Source: Malacoraja senta (taxonomy: Eukaryota). Taken from it: a stretch of 64,000 bases of DNA. The notes beneath the pieces were generated by a model that made no database searches, was not told the origin of the DNA, and saw only the letters and a list, made by a program, of their open reading frames with translations. The position numbers and the translations under genes were made by a program. Below, in pieces: positions 46,748 to 58,386 of this stretch. Every line of letters starts with the position of its first letter. Positions within the stretch are counted from its first letter, which is position 1. Location: NCBI GenBank assembly GCA_038087875.1, contig JAXLNO010005099.1:1-64000 (forward strand). Direction: 5' to 3'.

Positions 46748-47385
46748 CTCCCCACCCCCCCAACCGCCCCCATCCCCAGGTACTTTCCCCTGCAACCACA
46801 AGAAACGCGACATATGTCCCTATACCTCCCCCCCTCGACTCTGTCCAAGGACACCGACAATGTTTTCAGGTGAGGCAGCGCTTCACTAGCTCCTCCTCCA
46901 ACCTCATGTACTGTATCTGCTGTTCCAGCTGCGGACTCCTATTTATCCACGAGGCCAAGCGCCGGCATGGGCGATCGTTTCGCTGATCTCTACCGCCCAG
47001 ACCTACCCGATCTCCCGCTTGCTGGATACTTTAACTCCTCCTCCCATTCCCACACCGACCTTTCTGTCCTGGGCCTCCTCCATTGTCAGAGTGAGGCCCA
47101 GTGCAAATTGCAGGAACAGCACCCCGTATTGCGCTTGGGCAGCTTTCAGCACAGCGATATGAACATAGACTTATGTAACTTCAAGTATCCCTTGCTTTCT
47201 CCATTTCTCCCCTTCCCAGTTCTCCGACCATTCTTACCGCATATTATCTCTGTTTGCTTTGATATTACCTTGTGCCAGCTAACATTGATGTATTCTACAA
47301 TGTCCTTGATTCCATTCCCTGTGACATGTTTTCACACCTTACACTTCCTTATCTATGTTCCTCCCTCTCCCCTGACATAAACTAT

Positions 47386-47897
47386 GTGTACCATAGAGGG
47401 AGTGCAGAGAAGGTTCACCAGACTGATTCCTGGGACTTTCATATGAAGAAAGACTGGATAGACTTGGCTTATACTCGCTAGAATTTAGGAGATTGAGAGG
47501 GGATCTTATAGAAACGTACAAAATTCTTATGGGGTTGGACAGGCTAGATGCAGGAAGATTGTTCCCGATGTTGGGGAAGTCCAGGACAAGGGGTCACAGC
47601 TTAAGGATAAGGGGGAAATCCTTTAAGACCGAGATGAGGAAAAACTTTTTCACACAGAGAGTGGTGAATCTCTGGAACTCTCTGCCACAGAGGGTAGCTG
47701 AGGCCAGTTCATTGGCTATATTTAAGAGGGAGTTAGATGTGGCCCTTGTGGCTAAAGGGATCAGGGGGTATGGAGAGAAGGCAGGTACGGGATACTGAGT
47801 TGGATGATCAGCCATGATCATATTGAATGGCGGTGCAGGCTCGAAGGGCCGAATGGCCTACTCCTGCACCTATTTTCTATGTATCTATGTATCTATA
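47386..47897 (+). mobile_element. CR1 3' end with (CTATGTAT)n tail
   Basis: Almost identical to the reverse complement of 10678-11190, apart from a small deletion. Confidence 0.92.
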
Positions 47898-48413
47898 AGT
47901 TCGGTTGAAAGGAAATAGTAAAAATTGGAAAGAGCCATGGTTTTCAAGGGAAATTGGACAATTGGTTCGGAAAAAGAGAGAGATCTACAATAATTATAGG
48001 CAGCATGGAGTAAATGAGGTGCTTGAGAAGTATAAAGAAGGAAAAAAGAATATTAAGAAATAAATTAGAAAAGCTAAAAGAAGATATGAGGTTGCTTTGG
48101 CAAGTAAGGTGAAAGTAATTTATTTCTTATTTATCATTATACTTATGGGCGCCTTTCAAAGACTCTCAAGGACGCCTTGCAGATAAGCAGATTACAAATA
48201 TAAACAGAATAAAAAATTTAAAAATAGTAGGGACATCAACAACATCACAATACACAAATTAAGGACAGAATTGTTTCTAAAGGCACAAAAAGAAAATTAG
48301 AAACACAATTTGAGGATTTGTAGAAATCCAAAGGGTTTCTACAGCTATATTAATAGCAAAAGGATAACAAGGAATAAAATTGGTCCATTAGAGAGTCAGA
48401 GTGGACAGCTATC
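47898..48413 (+). mobile_element. CR1 (second subfamily) internal fragment, interrupted at about 48119-48323 by an antisense L2-like 3' tail
   Basis: Matches 55377-55680 once the insert is removed. Confidence 0.8.
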
Positions 48414-51400
48414 TTTTTTTTGTTTTGTTTATTTTATTAGATGTGAATACAATACAAAACAATACAGTGGCACCTAATTTTAGGTGCCAACTATGTCATA
48501 ACGTAATGCATTCTATGTACAACCTCTAGTTTTATGTTTTTGAAAAGGAGGTAAAAAATAAAAGAAATTAAAGAAAAAAAAATAGAGAAAAGAAAGATGA
48601 AAAATAAATAGTAGAAAATAGAAAAACGTGAAGTGTGTATATAAGAAAAGAAAAAATAGAAAGTAGAAATAGTAGAAAAAGATCCTAAAAAAAGAAATTT
48701 TCAAATCTTTGTTTGGAGATGTAAATCTATCCACGACCTGACTTGAAATCAGTAATCTTTACGGTACTGCTGCATCACATGATTCCAAAAAGTCGATGAA
48801 AGGTGACTAACTCCTTAAGAATTGGTCATATTTATCTATTAGGAGGAGTCTCATTTCTTCAAGGTGTGCTATGTCCGTCATATTCCTAATCCACATTTTA
48901 ATAGTTGGTATAGCTGTATTTTTCCCAAATTTAAGTATCAATTTCTTTCCAATTATTAACCCATAATTAAAGAATACTTTTTGGTCTTTGTTTAAATTGA
49001 TATCTTCTAATTTTATTCCAAATATAATCCATTCCATATTAGGTTCTATTCTTGACTTGAAGAGCTTTGTAAATATATCAAATATATCGCTCCAAAATGT
49101 ATTCAACTTTGTACATCCTACAAATGAATGTGTTATATTGGCATTTTGAAACAAACATTTATCGCATCTGGGAGAGACATTTGGGTAAAATTTATTCAAC
49201 CTCGTTTTTGAATAATATAGTCTATGTAATAATTTAAATTGAATTAAATTATGTCTTGCATTAATGGAACAATTATGTGTATTCATCAGTTACTTTTCCC
49301 ATCTATCTTTCGGGATCTTTATCATTAGTTCATGTTCCCAATCTTCTCTTAGTGCCTCTGTTGAGGGTAATTCTCTATTTAATATACTATTATAAAAATA
49401 TATTAGTTTTTCTGAATCAGCCTTAATATTCATTGCTTCTTCTAAAGGGTCTAAAAATATAGTTTGAGATGTATGTATATATTTCTTCATAAAGTCACAT
49501 ATCTGTATATATTTAAAATATTGATTATCATTTAGTTTAAATTTTAATTTTTATTGTTGAAATGATAACAATTTGCCCAGTTCATACATATCTCCTACTT
49601 TCCCAATCCCCAATCTATCCCATTGTTTATATGTTTTGTCGATAAGAGATGGTTTGAATGCAGGATTATTCAGAATTGGGGTTAATACTGATAGATTATT
49701 TAATTTCAAGGATAATTTTATTTGTTTCCAAATTCTTATTGTATTGTGAATAATTGGGTTCTTCTTATATATTATACTATTCAATTTTATTGGTGAGAAC
49801 AAGATCGTTCCTATATCGTACGGGAAACACTCCTCTTTTTCCATTCTTATCCACTCCGACTGGTGAGTTGAACTATCCAACCAGTACATTATGTTCTTAA
49901 TATGCACTGCCCAGTAGTAATACGTAAAGTTAGGTAGTGATAAACCCCCAGCTTCTTTAGGTTTACACAAATGCTTTCGTTCAATTCTGTGTGCTCTATA
50001 ATCCCATATAAAATTAGTGATATTAGAATCTAGTTTTTTGAAAATATATTTCGAAATATATACTGGGATCGCTTGAAACAAATATATTAATTGTGGTAAG
50101 AAAGTCATTTTTATAGCGTTAATTCTACCTATCAATGAGAGTAGGAGCGTTTTCCAAAATTTAGTCATAACATTCAATTTATTTAATAGTGGCATAAAAT
50201 TGGCGCTAAATAATGATTTGTGTCTTCTCGCAATTTGAATACCTAAATACTTGAATTATTCTGTTGCAATTTTGAAAGGGAATTTTAATAAGTGTCTCGC
50301 ATCCTGTGGTTTTAAAGACATGATTTCGCTTTTATTCCAGTTTATTCTATATCCTGAAAAAGAACCAAATTCCTCAATTAGTGTTAATAAGGTGGGAATA
50401 CTCGTTTGTGTATTAGTAATATATAAAAGAATATCATCAGCAGATAATGAAATTTTATTCTTTGAGTCCTTGGTATTATATCCGTGAATATTCGGATGAT
50501 TTCTAATCCTTTCAGCCATATCATAAAGGCAAATAGCAATGGTGATGAGGCACAACCCTGCCTATTACCCCTTGATAAATAAAATTTTGAAGATAACATA
50601 TTGTTAGTTAATATTCTTGCCGTAGGTTTATCATAAAGTAGTTTAACCCATCTAATAAAATTCTCTCCCGTATTAAATTTTTCAAGTACCTTATATAAAT
50701 ATTGCCATTCTACCTGATCAAATGCCTTCTCTGCATCCAGCGTAACGACTGAAATATCTTCAATGTCCTCTTTGTGAGAGTACATTATATTGAAAAGCCT
50801 TCTCAAGTTATTAAATGATTGTCTTTTGGGTATAAATCCCGTTTGATCCGGGTTTACCAATTTATTAATATAATTATTCAATCTTCTTGCTAGAATCTTT
50901 GCTAAAATTTTCTGATCCGTATTTAAAAGTGATATAGCTCTGTAAGAACCCGGTTCATCTAAATCTTTATCTTTTTTTGGTATAAGCGTTATTGTTGATT
51001 CTGCTAAAGTATCTGGTAGTTTATTTTCGGTATAAGCCTGCGTGTATAAGTTGAGTAATCTTGGTACAAGTGACTCCTGGAAGCGTTTATAAAATTCATT
51101 ACTAAAACCATCTGGTCCTGGGGTCTTCCCAATTTTCAATGAGTTTATTATTTGTTTTATTTCTTCACTAGTAATCCGTGCTCCTAATTCCTCTTGTTCT
51201 AAACTATCCAATTTAGGGAGGTTGCCTAATATCTTTAAAAATTGTAATTTTACTATCATCTGTATTTATTTTAGTTGTGTATAAATTATGATAAAATTGG
51301 GCAAACCTTTTATTAATATCCTTTGGTAATGTTAGAAGCTCACCCTTATCAGATTTAATTTTAGTGATAGTATTTTCCTTTTCTTGTTGCTTCAGTTGCC

Positions 51401-54400
51401 TCGCTAATAATTTATGTGGCTTATCCCCAAATTCGAAGTGTGCCTGTTTTGTAATTTGTAATAGTCTTATTACTCTGCCCGATAATATTCTATTGAGTTT
51501 ATATTTCAATAAGGTTATCTTATTATGTTTATCTATAGTTTGGTCACTTGCATTGTCCAGTTCTAGTAATTTTATTTCCTGTTCTATCCTCTGAAGTTCT
51601 CTTTTATTTTCTTTATTTTGATAACTTTGATAAGAGATTATAACACCGCGAATGTATGTCTTAAAGGTTTCCCATAATAGCGATACAGAAATATCCGGCG
51701 TATCATTTGTCTCGAAAAAAAATGTGTTTGTTCTTTTATATACTCATAACCCTGCGGGTTATTTAATATTTGTACGTTGAATTTCCAAAAAGATTTTATA
51801 CCCGGCATTCCCTCGATTTTAAGTATAAAAGTCAGTGGTGAATGATCGGAAATAATACTATTATGATATGATGGTTTAATTGTATACGGGATTAATTTTG
51901 TATCCACTAAGAAATAGTCAATTCGTGAATAAGTTTTATGAGGCGACGAGTAAAACGAATATTCACTTCCAATTGGGTTTGCTATTCTCCAAACGTCAGT
52001 TATGTTATTATTTTTTATATAAGTATTTAAAAATTCACAGGTCTTGGTTTTAACTAGACGCTTACCTACCTTTATTGATTTATCTAAGTATGGGTCTATA
52101 ACACAATTAAAATCTCCCCCATTATAATATTTTGATAATTATGCTCTGCAATTATATCTAGTATTTTCTTAAAAAATTGGGGATTATCAAAATTAGGCGC
52201 ATAAATATTTATCATAGTTAATGGTGTATTGTAAATTTCTCCCGTGACTATAACGTATCATCCCTCTTTATCAGATATAGACTTCGTTAATTTAAAAGGT
52301 ATACCTTTCCGAATTATAATGACCGTGCCTCTTGCTTTAGAAGTGAATGAGGAGTAGTAGGTTTGACCTATCCAGTTTGCCCTTAATCTGATCTGCGTTT
52401 GTTGTTTCAAATGCGTTTCTTGTAGGAAAGGAATATCAATGTTTAATGATTTTAATTGTGCCAGAATTTTACCCCTCTTAATTGGGTCATTCGCACCTCT
52501 AATGTTCCAACTACTAAAAGTGAGACCTCCGGTGTTTATTCGACTATTATCTTGCATTGGCTATTATTACCAGAATGTATAATTCATGTGATGCAGCCAA
52601 GTACCTCGAAATCCCGAGTCCAGGGTTGTCCTTCATAATTTCTGCACAATTTTTACATCTCCTGACACTATTAAACATAATTAAGGGAAAAAGAAAAACA
52701 TAAAATGAAGTGTTCATAAAGATTGTTAAATCATACAACGCATAATAGTGAATAAACAAAAAAAGTGAATGTAAGTTATCAAAAAAGCGATGTCTTACAA
52801 AAAAGCTTTGTTTGTTTAAGATTTGTTTTAAATTGACCTCCGTCGATGGAATTGTGCACTGGGCTTTCTCCCCCTAGTAAAATATCATACAACATTAGTT
52901 GGTTTCCTCCACTTATAACCAAAATTATCGTGTCAGGTCGATTAATAGCCAAACAATTTAAAATGAAATAGAAGAAAAGCTAGAAGATTTACAATAAAAT
53001 AAAATAGAATTATTATCGTCATTAATCAGACTTTTCATTAGCCTGTATGTTAGTTGATTCATAATTAGTATTTATAATATCTGTCTAACCTCCCCCATCC
53101 TTCCTACTATATAATTAGTCATGTTAGTATAATACATTAAACCTTTAGGGTTAATTGAGTTTATTGCGTATATATAATTACTTAGTTAGTTAGTTATATG
53201 CTGTATATCTAAATAATAGATCATATAGTACTAAGACAAAGGCAGACCAACAAGACTGTTATAAATTCAAAAAAGAACAGTCAATAACCCTCAGGGCTGA
53301 AAAACTTGGCGCGGAGCCTGCGACCTTGAACATTCCATCTGTTGAGCCTCAGTTTTTCAATTCAATTCAATTCAAGATAAAGTTAGGACTCTGTTATTAA
53401 AAAACACATTCTGGCTAAATAAGTATGTCCGAAAACCGTCTAAACAAAGTAAAAAACAAGTTCAGCCGGCGTAGTGACTCGTTATTCTTTTCCTTGAATT
53501 TTATTTAAAATCTCCTGGACATATTTGCAAGCTGAATCCGGATCCGTGAATGAACGTTGCTTAGCATTGTACGTAATTAACATTTTAGCAGGGTAGATAA
53601 CACCGTAACGAACTTCAGAATGTCCTTGTAAGATACTGCTTGCACTTTTAAACTGGCGTCTTTTTGCCAGTATTTCCCGAGGGTAGTCTCTGTAAAATCC
53701 AACAATATTATCAGCGAATGTAAGATTGTCTCCATAAGATATCTTCTTTAATAAATTTTCCAAAGTCGAAATGTCTAAGAACTTTACGATAATTTGACGT
53801 GGTGGAGCATTCGCTCCTCTTTGGAAGCGACCAACACGATGAGCCACATCTATCTTTGGTTTTTCTGGCAGTTTGAAAACATCTTTAAGTAAATTAGTGA
53901 TAAAATCACCCATTTCAGAGCCGTGCTCTGCCCCCTCTTTAACTCCTATTATTCTCAAATTCTGCCTCCTTGACCTGGCTTCCAAATCTTGACATTTCTC
54001 CTTCAATTTATTCGTCAGCTCCCAATTCGCGTCGTGTTCTTTTTTCAAACCTGTTATTTCCTGGCCCATCTGCTGCATTTCACCCTCCATCTCTTCCTTC
54101 AATTTTTCCGTCTTTGTTAATTGCTTCAGAATGGAGTCATGTTTATTGTTATAATCTCTCTGCATTCTTTCCAATTCCTTAGCAGTCCTCGACTCCAAAT
54201 CTTTGAACTGCTGGTTCAGGGATACGTAAAGTTCCTTTAATTCTCCACAGCTAGTGTCAATTTCCTTAGAGAGATTATCCTCCATTGAAGAAAAATTGTT
54301 CTGCATTGTAGAATTCATTTTAGCAAATTGCTTCTGAAGATCTTTAGTAATGTCTTTAGTAAGATTAACTCTTACCGATTCTTCCCAGCTTTTCATTTCT

Positions 54401-54436
54401 TTCTCCCTTTCTTTTAACTCTTTTGTTTCAGCTCTT
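48414..54436 (-). mobile_element. Near-full-length L1 LINE (about 6 kb), truncated within ORF1
   Basis: Poly-T/3'UTR from 48414. ORF2 fragments 48807-52557 (SWNIRG, QETH, PGPDGF, LDAEKAFD, SADD). 924-bp spacer. Open ORF1. Confidence 0.95.
53482..54436 (-). CDS. L1 ORF1p (coiled coil, RRM and CTD), N-terminally truncated
   Basis: [30 protein letters not shown] and YPAKMLI motifs, with no internal stop. Confidence 0.88.
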
Positions 54437-55000
54437 GGTGAAATCATTGGACAAAGTCAGCATGGATTTATGAAAGGTAAATCATGTCTTACGAATCTTA
54501 TAGAATTTTTCGAGGATGTAACTACTAGAGTGGATAAGGGAGAACCAGTGGATGTGTTATATCTGGACTTTCAGAAGACTTTCGACCAGGTCCCACATAA
54601 GAGATTAATATACAAACTTAAAGCACACGGTTATGAGGGTTCAGTATTGATGTGGATAGAGAACTGGCTGGCAGACAGGAAGCAAAGAGTAGGAGTAAAC
54701 GGGTCCTTTTCAGAATGGCAGGCAGTGACTAGTGGGGTACCGCAAGGCTCAGTGCTGGGACCCCAGCTATTTACAATATATATTAATGATTTGGACGAGG
54801 GAATTGAATGCAATATCTCCAAGTTTGCGGATGCCACGAAGCTGGGGGGCAGTGTTAGTTGAGAGGAGGGTGCTAGGAGGCTGCAAGGTGACTTGGATAG
54901 GCTGGGTGAGTGGGCAAATGTATGGCAGGTGCAGTATAATGTGGATACATGTGTGGTTATCCACTTTGGTGGCAAAAACAGGAAAGTAGACTATTACCTG
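54437..55000 (+). mobile_element. CR1 (first subfamily) RT fragment
   Basis: Near-identical to 6897-7450. Confidence 0.9.
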
Positions 55001-57365
55001 GATGGTTTGGAGTTTGTAAAATGTGTGCAGGATAGTTTTTTGCAGCAATACATAGAGGTACCTACTAGAGAAGGGGCAGTGCTGGACCTCCTGTTAGGAA
55101 ATGAGACAGGGCAGGTGGCGGAGGTATGCGTTGGGGAGCACTTCGGGTCCAGTGATCACAATACCATTAGTTTCAATATAATTATGGAGAGGGTCAGAAC
55201 TGGACCTAGGGTTGAGATTTTTGATTGGAGAAAGGATAACTTTGTGGAGATGCGAAAGGATTTAAAAGGATTTAAAAGGAGTGAATTGGGACATGTTGTT
55301 TTATGGGAAGGATGTTGAAGAAAAATGGAGGACATTTAAGAGTGACATTTTAAGAGTACAGAATCTTTATGTCCCTGTTCGGTTGAAAGGAAATAGTAAA
55401 AATTGGAAAGAGCCATGGTTTTCAAGGGAAATTGGACACGGTTCAGAAAAAGAGAGAGATCTACAATAATTATAGGCCGCATGGAGTAAATGAGGTGCTT
55501 GAGGAGTATAAAGAATGTAAAAAGAATATTAAGAAAGAAATTAGATAAGCTAAAAGAAGATATGAGGTTGCTTTGGCAAGTAAGGTGAAAGTAAATCCAA
55601 AGGGTTTCTACAGCTATATCAGCAAAAGGATAACAAGGAATAAAATTGGTCCATTAGAGAGTCAGAGTGGACAGCTATCTGCAGAGCCAAAAGAGATGGG
55701 GGAGATATTGAACAATTTATTTTCTTCGGTATTCACCAAGGAGAAGGATATGGAAATATGTGAGGTAAGGGAAAGAAGCAGAGTAGCAATGGAAACTATG
55801 AGGTTCAAAGAAGAGGAGATGTGGAAGTCCTGGCCGATCCCGGCAGGAAAACGCCGCTCCAGTCTGCCCGTAGGCCGCGAGGAAGGGGCGAAGATACGGC
55901 TCGGAGAAAAGCCGCAACTCCGACGAGGTAGGTACTGAGAAAATAGTTTCCCCCTTCCCCCCACCCCCCACATAAAAAGACTAAAAGACCTCCAAAACAA
56001 ACACTTTCATCTAACTAAAAATAAAAAAGTGGTGAAAAACTAACAGCTGCTGGCAGGGCAGCCATACTCGACGGAAGGTCATGTTTGACTAATCTTCTTG
56101 AATTTTTCGGAGAGGTTACTAGGGAAATTGATGAGGGTAAAGCAGTGGATGTTGTCTATATGGACCTCAGTAAGGCCATTGACAAGGTTCCTCATGGAAG
56201 GTTGGTTAAGAAGATTCAATTGTTGGGTATTAATGGTGGAGTAGCAAGATGGATTCAACAGTGGCTGAATGGGAGATGCCAGAGAGTAATGGTGGATGGC
56301 TGTTTGTCAGGTTGGAGGCCGGTGACTTGTGGGGTGCCTCAGGGGTCTGTGTTGGGTACACTGTTGTTTGTCATGTACATCAATTATCTGGATGATGGTG
56401 TGGAAAATTGGATTAGTAAGTATGCAGATGATACTAAGATAGGTGGTGTTGTGGATAATAAAGTAGATTTTCAAAGTCTACAGAGAGATTTTGGCCATTT
56501 GGAAGAGTGGGCTGAAAGATGTCAGATGGAGTTTAATGCTGATAAATGTGAGGTGCTACATCTAGGCAGGACAAATCAAAATAGGACGTACATGGTAAAT
56601 GGTAGCGAATTGAGGAATGCAGTTGAACAGAGTGATCTAGGAGTAACTGTGCATAGTTCCCTGAAGGTGGAATCTCATGTAGATAGGGTGGTCAAGAAAG
56701 CTTTTGGTGTGCTGGCCTTTATAAATCAGAGCATTGAATATAGAAGTTGGGATGTAATGTTAAAATTGTACAAGGCATTGGTGAGGCCAATTCTGGAGTA
56801 TGGAGTACAATTTTGGTCGCCTAATTATAGGAAGGATGTCAACAAAATAGAGAGAGTACAGAGGAGATTTACTAGAATGTTGCCTGGGTTTCAGCAACTA
56901 AGTTACAGAGAAAGGTGAACACGTTAGGTCTTTATTCTTTGGAGCGCAGAAGGTTAAGAGGGGACTTGATAGAGGTCTTTAAAATTATGAGCGTGTTAGA
57001 CAGAGTGGACGTGGATAAGCTTTTCCCATTGAGAGTAGGGAAGATTCAAACAAGGGGACATGACTTGAGGGACAGGTGTTCAGGGGTAACATTAGGGGGG
57101 ACTTCTTTACTCAGAGAGTGGTAGCTGTGTGGAATGAGCGTCCAGTGGAAGTGGTGGAGGCAGGTTCGATTTTATCCTTTAAAAATAGATTGGATGAGGA
57201 TATGGACGGGAAAGAAATGGAGGGTTATGGTCTGAGTGCAGGTAGATGGGACTAGGGGAAGTATAAAAAAAAATAATACATTTAAAAAAAGTGTTCGGCA
57301 CGGACTTGAAGGGCCGAGATGGCCTGTTTCCGTGCTGTTATGGTTATATGGTTATATGGTTATAA
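55000..57365 (+). mobile_element. CR1 (second subfamily) ORF2 to 3' end, with an internal segment replaced by foreign sequence at about 55820-56073
   Basis: GSSDH, GVPQGS and YADD motifs, then 3'UTR and (ATATGGTT)n tail. Confidence 0.9.
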
Positions 57366-57367
57366 GT

Positions 57368-57395
57368 CTGAAGAAGGGTCTCGACCCGAAACCTC
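57368..57395 (+). ncRNA. Minimal hammerhead ribozyme-like core in a PLE terminal repeat (cleavage triplet GTC reads CTC)
   Basis: CTGAAGA-A-GGGTC-TC-GACCC-GAAACCTC. A second, more degenerate copy lies at about 57533-57630. Confidence 0.55.
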
Positions 57396-58386
57396 TCCAA
57401 TTCGTTCTGTCCAGTTATACTGCCTGTCCCGCTGAGTTACTGCAGCATATTGTGTCAATCTTCTGAACAATAGTAATCCTACTTCGAAATCAGAGCACAA
57501 TGATCTACACCATTCACTATCACGGACACTGTCTGAAGAATGGATGGGACCCGCAACTTCACATTTGCAAGTTCTTCAGGGATGCTGCCTGACCTGCCGT
57601 CACTCCAGCATTTGTGTACCATGGATTTGTTCGCTCCACTTATGTTTTCCGTTTTGTAATATTTTCCCTTTTATTGTCTTGCGGAATCTATGTGTAATAT
57701 GCACTATATGTATGTATTATGCGTGTGTCTGTTTGTCTCTGTCTATTTACCTGCGATCCTGCTGTACGCACGATTTTTCATTCTACCTGTACCTCAATCA
57801 ATTTGTGGAATACGCTCGAACTGCCTTGGTGAACATTGCTGTCAGATGTGACGTCATGTGCCCGCTTTTTAAAGTTTCATGTTGGTTTTAAATGTACATA
57901 AATATATAAACGTAAATACATAGATTATCCGATTTTCATTGTACCCTGGTGAATACAAATAAATTAATATGAATCTAAACATTGTGTCCTGCAGATGTGG
58001 TAAAGAATGTAGAGAGTCATGATATGTGAGATCCACGAAGGATATCTAGACCCGTCCTTTTCGGTGCAGTACTTAATGCCATCGGTTCATTTGAGTTGTT
58101 GGTCAATAGTGAGTCCAGATAGATAAGCAACCCTAACATCACCGAATATCAATGGAAGTTGGTTTGTTAAAACTCTTGTTGGAGATGCTAATGCCCTGGT
58201 TATTCTTGTAGTAATCTTGTAGTAAACGCTGCTGAATGTGTTTGTTTAACTTGGTGTGACTAATTGCGATCATTACGCAAAACGCACTGATCTGTGTCTG
58301 TTCTTCTGTTTAAATACGACCCTAGTTTGAAAGCCGGATAGTTCGATGTGCACACCCCCGTCAAGAGCAGTTTACTCATGCAGATT

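Larger units (their letters stand above)
42079..47385 (+). mobile_element. Penelope-like element fragment (42079-42147 plus 46753-47385) interrupted by Gypsy E2
   Basis: The joined halves read ...SLRKSLVNSSLP...FPCNHKK..ICPY...FQVRQRFTSSSSNLMYCICCSSCGLLFIHEAKRR, a GIY-YIG region. Confidence 0.85.

Noticed and set aside
47898-55680. Apparent 300-bp duplication flanking the L1 (47901-48413 versus 55377-55680) as a giant TSD or segmental duplication
   Set aside because: The copies differ at many positions and belong to an abundant CR1 subfamily, so independent insertions are more parsimonious.
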